From contig OX597818.1 in assembly GCA_951406725.2 (NCBI GenBank), positions 16,988,001-17,052,000 on the forward strand: a DNA stretch of 64,000 bases. Reading direction: 5' to 3'. The DNA is from Octopus vulgaris (lineage: Eukaryota). The notes under the pieces are model-generated. The model had not been told where the DNA came from. It saw nothing but the letters and a program-made list of their open reading frames with translations, and did no database searches. Positions 27,031-40,691 of the stretch are shown here, piece by piece (positions within the stretch are counted from its first letter, which is position 1; each line of letters starts with the position of its first letter). The translations under genes and the position numbers were made by a program.

Positions 27031-30000
27031 TATATATATATATACACACACACAGGAGCACTTTGTCAGTTGTGATGATGAGGGTCCAAGCTGATATGAT
27101 CAATGGAACAGCTTGCTCGTGAAATTAACGTGCAAATGGCTGAGCACTCCACAGACACGTATACTCTTAACATAGTTCTCGGGGAGATTCAGTATGATAC
27201 AGACTGTGACAAGGCTGGCCCTTTGAAATATAGGTACTACACATTTTTGCCAGCTGAGTGGATTGGAGCAACATGAAATAAAGTGTCTTGCTCAAGGACA
27301 CAATGCGAAGCCGGGAATTGAACTTACGACCTTATGATCGTGAGCTGAATGCTCCAACCACTAAGCCATGCACCTTCACACATATATACATACAAACAGG
27401 GTGAATAAATATATATATACATACAAACAGGGTGAATAAATTGTCATCTAAATTACACAAAAATGAAAACAACACTGACATCTCATTTTAACAGATATAT
27501 TTATCAAAATTATGTAAAAATATCTCAAAATTCTAAAGAGTAGATTTATTCAATAAAATACAAGTTGTCCTCTTGTTTTGACATCCCATGTTGTAAACAA
27601 GTGTCAGAAACATACAAGAAGTGTTATTCATTTCTGATCTTCCATGAAAGCATATCCAGAAATGGGGAGATCCTCTCTCTCTCTCTCTCTCTCTCTTTCT
27701 ATCCATTTTTCATGCTGGCATGAGTTAGACAGTTTGACAGGAGCTGGTCAGCCAGAGAGCTGTACAAAGCTCCAATTGTCTGCTGGCATGGTTTCTACAG
27801 GTGGATGCCCTTCCTAACACCAACCACTTCATAGTGTACTGAGTGCCCATTATGTGACACTGGCATGGTTGCACTATTTGGCACTGACACAGATGCATTA
27901 TGTGGCAGTAGCATAGGTGCATTCTATGCAACACCAACATGGGTGAATTCTATGTAGCATTGCCACAAGTGCATTTTATTTGGCACCAGTACTATGTTAA
28001 TTAGGAACAAGTGAGGAATGGAGACAAGAAAGACATCCAACCACAAAAAAAGATCTGCTTCAATGAATTCCATCTGAGGAAGTTAAAACAATGGTGATGC
28101 TGAAGGTAACCAAAGTGAAATAAGCAGATCAGAGGCATAGCTCACTTGTACTATTAAATATGAGATTAATTTTAAGTGTGCAAATATATTGATATGAACT
28201 TAGAACAGTGTGACAAGAATGTATCTTGTTTGTCTGTCTGTCTCTCTGGATCACAGCTCACTTTATTATGAAACAATTTCACATAACTCACAGCTTACTA
28301 CTATCAACAGAGTAAAACAGGACTCCTGGTGACTCTAGATCAGTGGTTCTTAACCTGTGCAGTAATGACCCCTTCAGAAAATTGTGAGCACAGAGTAAAT
28401 GCTGAAAGGGTGTTGGGGGAGAGGCACTGGGCGTTTAGAAAGATCATGATTTTTTTTTTTTTAGATTTTTAAGAAATAAAATATTTGAACTAGGTACAAT
28501 TCTTTTTTTTTTTTTTGTTTAAGTAACCTGACTGCATGCATTTCCATTTAAGCACTGTCTTGAAGGCAGATTTTAACTGAACAAATAGACCCCAGTAGTT
28601 TTTGAATCTGGTTATCAAGTCTTTTTGCTGAGTTATAGGGCATAAACCACCAGTTGCTAAGCAATGAAGAGACAAGCAAACACACACACACACGACAGGC
28701 TTCCACATAGTTTCCACCTACCAAAAATACCAGTATGGCACTGATTGGTCTGGAGCTATAGTAGAAGACACTTGTTCAAGATGCCACATAGTGGGACTGT
28801 CCTAGGCTTTAATCTCTGTTTTGGCTTGGTTTCTATGGTTGGATGCCCTCCCTAATGCCAATCACTTTACAGAGTGGACCGAGTTCTTTTCATGTGGCAC
28901 CAACACCATCTCTCCATAATGTATTGAGTAATCTGGAGTTGATCTTCCTGCACTAAGTCATGCTCAGGTTTCCTGGCTGCATTCTGCAGGTTAGCAACTG
29001 AATTTTCAGCAACCATTTTTAGCAGGCAAATTTGGTGATAGAGGTCAGCTCAATAACCAAAAAACCTGACTAAGCAACAGTCAATTTGTACCTATGTTAC
29101 TAGAAGCACTTATCAGTGATCTGTCATACGTATTATAGTGACTAAAAAATACCTCAGCTATAAACTTGTATAAGAGATACAAAAATTTTGTTTCCTGCTG
29201 TTTATTGTTCCATTTTGATCTCTCCACCCAACCAATAATTCAGGTTCATGACTGTTGAAAGAAAACAGGTTTCCTTTGTATTACACTATCGACAGAAGAC
29301 TATATTCAGGGCAGATAATATAATGTACTATTTCTGTCTATTTCATATATTCTGTAATATTAATAAACAGTGTATTGAGACTTAGACAAATACATAGCTT
29401 TTATTTTATAAAACAATGCTCCAGGTTTGGTTAGTTATTGATATTGAGTAGATACAATGCACCATTGTTATCACTTTTACACAAACTGTGTTTGTCCCCA
29501 CCAACATTGCTTGTAACCAGTGGTGGTGTGTTTACGTCCCCATAATTTAGCGGTTCAGCAAAAGAGACCGATAGAAAAAGTACTAGGCTTACAAAGAATA
29601 AGTCCTGGGGTCGATTTTCTCGACTAAAGGCGGTGCTCCAGCATGGCCACAGTCAAATGACAGAAAAAAGTAAAAGAGTAAACTACACTTGTGACAAGAC
29701 AAATAGAATCATCATCATTTAACATCCGTTTTCCATACAGGCATGTGCTGAATGGTTTGACAGGGGCTGGCTCGGCAGAAGACTGCACCAGGTTTCACCA
29801 TCTGTTCTGGCATGGTCTTTACAGCTCAATGCCCTTCCAAATGCCACTTACTGCAGAACATTCATAAGACCAGTTTTTTAAGGAATATTCATCTACTTCC
29901 ACTTTTCATAATGAACAGAAAATCAAGAGGAAAGATAGAGAATCATTTGGATGAGTTATTCCTTTTGTGTGTGTGAGTGTGAGGAAGAGAGAAGGAGGGA

Positions 30001-30236
30001 AGAAAACAGGAAGAGGTTAACTAAAATATCAGCATTTAGATTACTCTGTGAAATGTAATATTTCTTTATTCACATTGTTTTCAATCAATCATACATTATT
30101 CTGTAGTTTCAAGATTTCAATGATGTGATTTTATATATTTTTAGAAATGGTATTGTATGGTAGGTGTGAGAGGCCGGATATGGCCAGTTTGAATGTAAAA
30201 CAAGTAGAATATCTGGACCGGATATGACCAGTTTAA

Positions 30237-30456
30237 CCCTTTCGTTACTGTATTTATTTTGAAATACTCTGTGTTTCTTCCAATTATTTTAAATATAACA
30301 AAAAATTTAGTAAAATAACTTAGTTATCATTCAGCTAGTGTTAGGAACCTAAATTGTGACTAAGGTTTGGTGGAAGATTTTAATTCAAAACTTATGTAAA
30401 CAAGACATTTGTACTCAGTGCCAGAGCCGGTTTCAGCCGGGTTGGTAACGAAAGGG
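30237..30456. mobile_element. piggyBac-like MITE (TTAA TSD) nested in a related MITE (about 30016-30472); relatives at 5953-6181 and 23412-23637
   Basis: TTAA|CCCTTTCGTTAC ... GTAACGAAAGGG|TTAA. Confidence 0.8.
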
Positions 30457-33061
30457 TTAAATGCTAAAGGGTTGATGTAATGAACATTCATAGCTTGTTA
30501 TAGCAAGACCAACGGACAGGAACACAGCTCTTCCCTAATATTTACATGTGCTTTAGCCCAAAGTTAGCATTGACTGAGCAGACCCGTAGTCAAAAATGTT
30601 CCAGCTGTGACCATCTTGTCATTTTGTTAGAAGCAAAATTATCCAACAGATGCAAGCATAGCTGAATGGTTAAGAAGTTCCCTTCACAGCCATAAGATAT
30701 TGCACTCAGCACCCAGTACCCTGCACTATCTGGGGTTAAGTGCATTTACCATAGCCTCAGATCAACCCAAGTTTGAGAATGAAATTGGGTTGATAGTAAC
30801 TAGCCCAGCCTGTTGCACACATGTCACTAATTCCATATAAAAATTACATTAAGGATACTCATGTCACTTCACAAACTAACTCAATAAATACGCTATCCTG
30901 TTGACTGAACATTCATCTTCCATGCTGGCATGGGTTGGACAGTTTGACAGGAGTTGACAAGCCACAAGACTGCATCAGGCTCTACTGTCTGCTTTGGCAT
31001 GGTTTCTAAGGCTGGATTCCCTGCCAAACACCAACTACCTTATAAAGTACTGGGTTATTTTTATGTGACAGAATACCCAACCATTTCACAAACTAATTCA
31101 ATAAATAGGCTGTCCAGTTGATCAAACAACTGAACACTCATATCAAAATGAATGCAAGAGTCCATCACCATCCACTGTGTTATGTTCATTTTTTTAAAAG
31201 AAAATATGTTGTGATTTGAGTGATTTAGCTGCTATTTCTAGCAGGTTGAATGAACCATGAAGAGGCTCCCTGGTTTAGCTTGTACTGAATTTACATACTA
31301 GTTAAGGTTTTGTATCCTAGTGACTGTACTGCTTTTATACTTCCCTGAAACCTGAAGATACATGCCAACACTTCTTCACCATCTTCTCTCCGACTGGGGT
31401 AATCATTTATTTCCTCTGCCACAAAATACCTGTTTCTGTTTCTCTACCATACTCTAGCCTTTCATCATCAGGAACAAAGCCATCTCCCTCAATGCTACTA
31501 CTACCCCCTCAGTTGAGGGGGCGGCGTCTTGTCCTGCATGGTGACCACACTGATACTGGTGCTACAGAAGAAAGCGTCCAGGAATCTAGCCTTAGAAACC
31601 ATGCTAAATCGGACAGCAGAGCTTGATGCAGTTTTCTACCTCGTCAGCTCCTGTCAAACTGCTCAACCCATGCCATGATGATAATTGGGAAAGTAATGGA
31701 GACTTTTATTCTGGTCAAGCACAGAAAACCAATTTAATCCACTTCTAATTTGTTCCCACTCATTAACTGTCAATGTTGCAGCCTGTTGCTAGGCTTCTAG
31801 TATTTAACTCATTGTATTTCGGTAAAGCTGCAGAACTCTGGCAAATCCTAAATTTATTCAATACTTTCGCAATCAGGTTCCAATTGAAAAACACCTTTGT
31901 TTCAAATATGAAAACAATGAAGTAATTAGTAAAATGACTGACATTTAGAACACTAATAAACATGGAATTTCAGTGGAAGATTTTAGGTCTCTTTAAAACA
32001 GGAAATTTGGTTCATGGAATGACTGGCAGCCTAGGGTAGGTTGGTATCAAAAGAGTTAATCATCATTATTATTGTTGTTTTTATGTCCACTTTTCCATGC
32101 TCGCATGGGTTGGTTGGATGCCCTTCCTGCAGCCAACCTTCACCCGTTTCCAAGTAAAAATTATTATTTCCCCATGGTTAGATATATTTTCCATGGAAGA
32201 TTGGAAATGAAGGACACTGCTTGCATGATGGTGACACTCATTTACAACTATCATGCAATGTCAAGGAGACAGTAATACATTCACAAACATACATAAATAC
32301 ACATGATGGGCCTTTGTAGCCAGAGGCTTCAGCAGAAAACTGCTTGTCCAAGGTGCCACACAGAGGGATTGAATCTGAAACCATGAGGTTGGGAAGTAAA
32401 CCTCTGACCACACAGCCATGCCTGTGCCTACAACAATTTTCAAACAAAAAAAGTTTTGAGACAATTTAACAAAAACAAAAAAAGAGAAAAGAAAAGTGAC
32501 CAGGCACAGCACAGGCATGACTGTATGGTAAGAAGCTTGCTTCCCAATCGCAAGGTTCCAAGTTCAATCCGACTGCATGGCACTTTGGGCAAGTGTCTTC
32601 TACTACAGCCTTGGGTTGACCAAGGCTTTGCGAGTAGATTTGGTAGACAGAAACTGAAAGAAGACCATTGCATATATGTATATATATATATATCTGTGTG
32701 TGTCTTTGTGTCTGCCATTACCATTTAACTGGCATTGATGTATTTACGACCCATAACTTAGTGGTTCAGCTAAAGAGACAAATAGAATAAGTACTAGGTT
32801 TTAAAATATAAGTCCTGGGGTTGATTCGTCTAAACGCTTCAAGGCAGTGCTCCAGCATGGCCACAGTCAAACGACTGAAACCAGTAAAAGAATATTCTTG
32901 AGAAATAAATAAAGTATTATTTCCAGTTGATAATAGTCAACCTTACCTCTATCTTCCACTAGGGTGTAGTTAATTGGCTGCTTTTTATGTTTAATTGCCC
33001 CTCCACACAAAGCATGAAGCGTTGGTGATTGGCAGAATTGTTATGATACCAGACAAGACAC

Positions 33062-33544
33062 CAGTGGAATTCTGCTTTAAGCACCCCTTATAACACCTCA
33101 ACTTTTTTGTTTCTTGGAATTTTCATAAAATTTTTGCGCATTTGTGTTCAGCACACGTGAATTCACACGACTATGACAAAAAAAAAAAAAAATCTTTTGA
33201 AATAAAAAAAAAATTTTTCGAATTTTTTGGATCACAGTTTAAAATACGGAGACCCAGAATTTTTAGCTTAAATCCCTGCAATAGACTATTAAATGTGTTT
33301 ATGGAGAGAAAGATATTGAAAAACATTAAGTCAGGCGGACAAACAAACGAGATGAGTATCAGGTGGTCGTGAGATGTGCTATAAATAACAGCTAAATAGC
33401 CCTTAAATCACACACACAAGAACATTTTTTTTTTCATGATCGTATGAATTTTCGCGTGTAGAACAAATTCGCAAAAAATTTTCTGAAAATAAAAAAAAAT
33501 TGGTACGAGGAGTTACATGAGGCACTTAAAGCAGAATTCCACCG
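33062..33544. mobile_element. Inverted-repeat element with about 120-bp diverged arms
   Basis: GTGGAATTCTGCTTTAAG at the left and CTTAAAGCAGAATTCCAC at the right; a related single arm at about 35230-35460. Confidence 0.6.
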
Positions 33545-36500
33545 AGATGCCATCCAACCTAAGTTCTTAGTTCAAATCCCAACAATGACCAGAGCTATTC
33601 CTCCAATCACAGGACAAAAATTGACTATGAAAGCTGGTAGAGGAGGAACTGTAGCGATCTAAATGATAATGTTGAAGGGGTTCGTGTTGCCTACATTTCT
33701 TATAGAAAAAGACAAAAATAACAGTTCTTATTCTGAACTGTAGTTACTCAGGCTATACCATTTTTACAGGTCTCTTCCATGCTTGGTGTGAGTTGGTCAA
33801 AATTTATTGACCTTCTGGCGTCAGCACTTCTTTCTGAAGTAAAGTATTTTCATTCTGCTGGACTTCATAAGAAGCAGCCAATCTAAATGAGATGTAAACA
33901 AACACATCGTCACTCAAAGGCGTCAGCATAAACAAGCATCTTATGTACACAGAACACTGTTTTTAAAGGTGTCACCATCAAGAGACATATGATCACACAC
34001 ACGACGGTGTTTCACAGGTCCCATCTACCAATTTCATTCATAAGGTATTTGTCAGTCGATTGCTATTGAAGATACCTACTCAAAAATGTTAAAACGAGGG
34101 ACCAAACCCGAAAAACGTGGTTGTGAAGTGAACTTCTTGACCACATAGCCAAGCTAACGCCTAAACACACACAAAAGGTAATTTTAAAAAGATGGACAAC
34201 CTTTCGGTATTGGTCCACAACAACATTCGGCCACACCTCCCCTTATGAAAGGTTAGACTGAAAAAGAGGATGAATGACGTCTTTTCATGCCGACAATTTA
34301 TAGACCAATATCGAAGAATTGCCAAAAAATATTTTTTAAATATTGTAGGTTCTTACTTCATTGAATCAGTGCCGTAAACAACGACAAAATAGTGCTTGAC
34401 GTGAAATGGACATAGGACATTGATACTTAGTAGGAAAATTAGTAAAGAAACGGAATTGTGATATTCTTGCTTTCCTCTCTCTCCAGGGAACATATTAGTA
34501 GCAGCGCCAACACAGAAACAATGCCAGAGTCGCATCCTGTCCAAGAACGTATCAATATCGCTATAATTGATACGAAGTGAAAATACAGCTGAGAATGGAA
34601 GTAAATTTACAGACACGGTTAGTTGAGAAAATTCCAGCGTTAGGGTAGTATTGTTGACGAATAGAAATTTGTATGGAGTCAATGAAAGAACATAACCGTT
34701 CGAATACAACAGAAGCATTGAGAAATGTTTACGTGTGTAAAATAAAATTATATTCGTGAAATTTAAAGAAAGAAAATTGTTTAAATAAGAAAATAATTTA
34801 CTTATAATTAATATCAAGGAGATTAGGTATTCAATTAAAAATGGTTGTAGCTAAAACGCCTTTGATTATAAAAACTGATCCGATTGGTACAAAAGAAGTA
34901 CAGATTGATGCCTACAACAACTTTATTTTCTCATACCTTTCTGAGAATCTGAGAAATGGATATTCTTTGCATCAAATTCTGAAGATACATTTTCGAGACT
35001 GCATATTATAACGATAACTTTTTTTTTTTTTTTGAACGAGTTTCGAATCATACTACCTACTTTCCTTTCGACTTTATTTTCGGCATAATTCTGGTTTTAA
35101 CACCCAATATAACCTTTCATAACTTTTGGCGAAAATAAAGAATACCTACACCTGGTGTTTAGGGTTAGGATTAAGGTTTTTGTTACACCGAAAACGGGTG
35201 GTGTACGTATTCTTTAACTAACTTTTTTAATGATATGCCTTTATTTTTCTGGAACTTTCAGAAAAATTTTGCGAATTTGTGTTCTACATACGAGAATTCA
35301 TGCGATTATGAAACCAAAAAAATTTTTTTTGAAGGTTTTCACCCCATCCTAGCAAAAATGTGTTTTGGAGAGAAAAATATTGAAAAATATCAAGTGTGAC
35401 AATGAAACGAGGAAGGTAGTCATTAGTCATGCTAGAGACAACAGCTAAATATTTTCTTCATAACTTTCTTTAAAAAATGTATATTTTAAAATAGTTTCGC
35501 CGCTAAATTTTATCAACATGTTGAGATCCATACTTAAAGAAAAGTTTACAGAAATCTGTTATTGATCTTGTATGCCAATAATTTAAACAAAGCTTTATTT
35601 TGTAAATGTATTTTATAAAAGTAAACATTACCACTTATTGTAGAAAAAAGGAGGCGCGGAATGGGAGGACAGTCGCCCCTTCATACACGATACAGGAGCA
35701 AAATTTTGATTTATCTCTATCGGTTAAAGTGGAGATGCTACAAGTGTCTTTGCCTCCAAGGAGCGAGACCCTTGCAAAGTCATTGTGTACCTCCATGCCA
35801 AGTTAACCGCATTCCACCCATGACTTCCCGGTCTTTTTAGAGTTACCTAGGAATATATGTATCCTTTTGCCGATAGTGCATGAGATAAGCGAAAATTAAC
35901 TGTTATTTCTAGCAGACCGTGAGACTACATAACGGCTCTCGCTGCTTTGTTGAAGATCACATAGGAATGTGTGCGTAGGAATAATCAACGGCTTTTTGTA
36001 TTAGTTTTCTCTCTCAATATTTACACGTGTCGCTCAGTGAAAAAACGTAAACATATACAGAGAATATATACGAACACACTTTGGTATACGTGTATGATTT
36101 TAAAATTGTCAATTTCCGTATGTACAAGTGGTAGGGTGTTCACACAACTTCGTATGTAACAAAATTTATTTTCCTTTTAATCTTCCTAGGCGCGGGAATA
36201 AATTAGCCTCACATTATTTTTCTTTTGAGCGGTTGGTAGTTTATCACTTTTTTTTTTTTTCTTAACAAGGCTCACCACCGACAGAATGAACAGAGTTACT
36301 ATAGACTTTAGCCAACACTGTAATAAACATATGTACACAACTTGTCACTATATTTACAAGAGAACTGGACAAAATGCTCTGAAGTGCCCGCGGTGTCGGA
36401 TTCAACTTAACCTTTTATTTCATCAGAATCAACCAAGTGTGCTATGTGCATTTATTTATATGGAAATATCTGAAGGGTCTTTAGTGAAAATAACGTTTGT

Positions 36501-36990
36501 AGGTAGTCACGATATATATATATATATAGGGTGGCGAATACTCGTTATAAATATCACTACCAGTGGCCTAGCATGTATTAAAAAATTGACAAAAGACAAC
36601 ATATTCATATTTCAAAATAGAAAATTTTATATATATATATTTCATATCTAATAAATATTTTATATTATATCTAATTAGATCTTTTTATATTGTCTTTACG
36701 AAATCCCTTTCTCACCGAAATCCCTTTCCTTCAATCCGTCATATAAAAAAAGTTACTTTTTTATATAATTTTAAAAGAAAAACATAATCGCCGCTCTTTG
36801 GTTCCAAATATAGTTACTGATTATAACTTTTTGTTCTGATTTCAAATTCCGCGCGAGAGGATGGTGAGCGGTCGATAAAATGAAATCAAAAAAGATACCT
36901 AAGTCGTTTTAAATCTACTATACTCGGACAATGACAATACATATACACACCTAAATAAGAAGAGGGAATACTAAGCTGATAAAGACGTAC

Positions 36991-37138
36991 CTGTGCTATA
37001 TTTAGATTTCTCATGGTCCGCGGAGGGTTTTTCATCACAACTGCCGTCGGTTTGACATGTATCAGGTTGTGAAGCGAAAACAAGGGTCAGACCGGTTGAC
37101 AGTAAAAGACAAGACGATAGATAGAACTTGGTTGCCAT
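36991..37138 (-). CDS. POGLUT1: POGLUT1/rumi coding exon 1 (signal peptide plus Cys pair)
   Basis: ATG at 37138 reads MATKFYLSSCLLLSTGLTLVFASQPDTCQTDGSCDEKPSADHEKSKYST-G, a hydrophobic signal peptide. It ends at a phase-1 donor (ACAG|gtacgt) that joins exon 2 in frame (G+GT = Gly). Layout resembles the Drosophila Rumi N-terminus (signal, Cys pair, acidic stretch). The 20.7-kb intron link is inferred. Confidence 0.8.
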
Positions 37139-38351
37139 GAATGGCTCATGCAATTCTACTTCACAGCAGTGAAGAGTTTTAGTAAAGGCCGTTCACTCAC
37201 ACACTGCTGCTCAAGCACGTGGAATTAATGTTGAATGAATCTAAACCCTCTGACTTCTTTGCAAAGTGGTTGTCCTGTTTGTAACCTGTCACACCATCAC
37301 CATATCTTGTTTATAATTAGCTAGTCTTGTCTGCAAATCGACGCATAAGTTTGTGTGTGTGCGCGCGACTGAATGTTTGCATGTATAACAATCTATCTGT
37401 TAATAGGCGTAACTACAGAAGTGTCTCACACCGACTTTCTTTCCTCATAACTGAGAAGTGGATATTGTTTAACGAACTTTTTCTATAAATTCCTTTCCAA
37501 TTATATCAGAATTTGTGAATATTTTTTTTTTAGATGGGGAGAGAATAATTTCGGATAATTCTCACTCCCGTTTCTGTTTTATAAATACACACATTTTGTT
37601 TTATATATGATTAACTACAGAATGTGCCTCCGCCTCCAACTTTGTCGCCTCATAACTTTCAGAAAAATTGGTATTTTTTTATGAAACTTTTTTTAACAAA
37701 TACGATCCACACTAGATAACGATTGTATCGGAATTTGATTGAATCGGGGGTGGGGTATATCACGTGCCTCGACTTTAAGTTTTAATGATGTAGATTACAA
37801 TTATGTAGAAAAAATGAAATTAGTTTTGAGAACTATTCCATCCTTTCCCGTCTGTGTAGCTTTGTGGTAAGTTTGCTTCTCAACCACATGGTTTCACGTT
37901 CAGTTTCCACTGCGTGGTTCTTTGGGCAAGTATTTTCTACTATAGCCTCGGGCCAATTAAAACTTTGTGAGTGAATTCGGTTGACGAAAACTGAAAGAAA
38001 ACTCATTGTATATGCGTGTGTGCATCGGCATATATATATATATATACACACATGTACACCTTAACTATACTATATAAATGAGAGTATGTGTGTACGGCCC
38101 CGAAAGTCACTGAAATAGTGCGTCCTCGAGAAAAAAGGATTTAGTTTCCGAAATCTGCGTCTCAAGGAGGAGGTATTCGGCTATAATAAATTGGAAGAAC
38201 ATATTTTCCTTCAAAAAGTAATTCAACTTTTAGATCGACAAATCTCCTACTCTCTGTCTCCATCAGGCTATCTTACATATATGAATGTAAATACATACAT
38301 ACATACATACATACATACATACATACATACATACGTACATCTCTCTCTTCT

Positions 38352-38418
<67 letters not shown>

Positions 38419-38506
38419 TAATCCAAACAAGAAAGCACAAAAAAACACAACAACGCGAGGACATGGAACAAATATAGTATTATTGGACACTCAGGAAAGA
38501 AGGAGG

Positions 38507-38541
38507 GTTTAACGTTTCGAGCGGAGCTCTTCGTCAGAAAC
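38507..38541 (-). ncRNA. Minimal hammerhead motif, same family
   Basis: Reverse complement is identical to the 42969 motif. Confidence 0.65.
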
Positions 38542-38615
38542 ATAGGAGAAGGAAAGATCCAGAGAAGGGAAGACAGAGGGAAAAAAATCGCCAACGGTAC
38601 ACACGCGGTCACATT

Positions 38616-38655
<40 letters not shown>

Positions 38656-38740
38656 AAATTAATTAAGGGTAGAAATTGATATTTATCAATTAAGACCAGT
38701 GGTCTAGCATATTAAAAAAGAATCCGAAGATTAAAATATT

Positions 38741-38965
38741 TATATATACCAATTAAGGACTGAACACGAAAAGTGGACAGTCAACATGCTAGATATAGAC
38801 GTCAAATCGCCATTCTCCACAAAAGATTATGTTCTCAGATCAAACTCAACACAAAACCCTTTTTGTGTTGAGTTTGATCTGAGAACATAATCTTTTGTGG
38901 AGAATGGCGATTTGACGTCTATATCTAGCATGTTGACTGTCCACTTTTCGTGTTCAGTCCTAATT

Positions 38966-38975
<10 letters not shown>
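38741..38975. repeat. Long near-perfect palindrome (about 115-bp arms, 4-nt loop)
   Basis: Centre CACAAAA-CCCT-TTTTGTG at 38850-38867; flanked by (TA)n. Confidence 0.95.
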
Positions 38976-39033
<58 letters not shown>

Positions 39034-39034
<1 letters not shown>

Positions 39035-39600
39035 TAGATGTAATTCCCGTCGTTGATTGGGTAATTACTTTTAATGTTTCTCAGGGGCCACATTCACAGT
39101 GTTATTATATATATAATTTACTCCTCCTATGACTGAAGTAGAAAAAAAAAAAATTTCATACATGAACTTCTGTTTGTTTATTACATGACAATAAGTGAGT
39201 TATATGTGTTATTTTATATATTAATACAGTAATGGCAATTATATAATACATACATACAACTGCTTACAACATTAGAGATTAGTGTATAATTTCTTCTATG
39301 TTCATAATTTTTGGTCTACAGTATTGAAAAAAATATGTCACCAAAGAAAAGATGTAATCTCTTCAGAAACTGGTATAAATGGTATGCGAGGTTGAAGACA
39401 GTGTCACCTTTACCACAACCAGTAAGAATATTTGCTTCAATGCTGTTCCTCATAGGTTTGTGCACAATTAGTGTTGTGCCGTTGCATAATTTTTATTGAT
39501 ATAAATTAGGAAATAGCATAATAGGAGATATAGAAAATGACATAATAGCTTCCCTTGAACCATTTATTTTCATTAACTTTCAAGGGGCTTATCCCTTGGT
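39034..39600 (-). mobile_element. Helitron 3' end with helicase C-terminal fragment
   Basis: PIML.PNL..KLCNGT.LIV...IEANILTGCGKGDTVF, with a terminal GACGGG hairpin remnant and CTAG at 39034-39037 next to (TA)n. Confidence 0.8.
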
Positions 39601-40468
39601 TCCGTTCTCATGATTGTTTCGCTAATCCAGTAACAACAATACGAAGCATGTAGCCCTTAAAACGGTTTTAGTGCATTTCCTGAGAATACCGAACTGTCTT
39701 ACACAGGATCTTGTTTTTAGGAATTCCCAATAAGTTATGACTACCTAAATTGTGAAGTCAGTTATGTAATAACATGAAATTAATTACCCGATAGTAAGAA
39801 TTCAAATAAACTAGCTCCGAAAAGAGCCTTAATACGTTCTCAGTGAATATAGAACTTCGGAGGAAATACTAATAAAGTATGCATAATAAAATAGGGAAGC
39901 ATGTTAGGTAATAACAGGCTAATCAAATATGAGATAATAACAATTCAAAGTAAATAACTCTGAAAAAAAGCTTTTGTGCGTTCGCAGAGAATATTACACT
40001 CAGCAGCACTAGTTTTGGTATATTCGTGAATAAGTCAGTAACCGAAATAAGTAGATCTATTGTTTAGAAAAATACTATTTACTTGTTTAAGCGTTGTACT
40101 AGATAAGTTCGAAAATAACTGAAATAGTTCAAATACTAAGAAATAAGTATCCTCAATTTGATTTATACGAAATAATTTACGAACATGAATGGGTTATTTT
40201 CCTTGGCTATATATAAGGATCCGTTTCAGGAGCGAATGGGTTATTTACCTTGGATATTTAAAAATAATATATTAGTTATATGTAGTAGATATAAAAATCC
40301 CTTCCAGGGGCCCTATTATCTATTTTTTCAACAATCTAAGTATGTCACTAGTTTTCCAAACATGATTCCTACTCACGTGTCAAGTTTCATCAAAATGGAT
40401 AAAACTATGTAGGAGGAGTTAGATAACAACACAACAAACAAACACACCCACAGATTTCCACATATATA

Positions 40469-40597
<129 letters not shown>

Positions 40598-40691
40598 TAC
40601 ATATATACATACACACACACATTCACATTTATTTACACAAACGCACAATCATCACGTACACACATGCCATCATACATACGTATATACACAC

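Noticed and set aside
31768-31858. Possible phase 2-to-1 linker exon (ICQSSAALPKYNELNTRSLATGCNID)
   Set aside because: Weak acceptor adjoining a MITE, weak gttaat donor and no recognisable homology.
34353-34817. 154-aa ORF as POGLUT1 coding exon 1
   Set aside because: Its donor is phase 2 and gives an immediate stop with exon 2, whereas the 37138 exon has a proper signal peptide and the right phase. Kept only as a finding.
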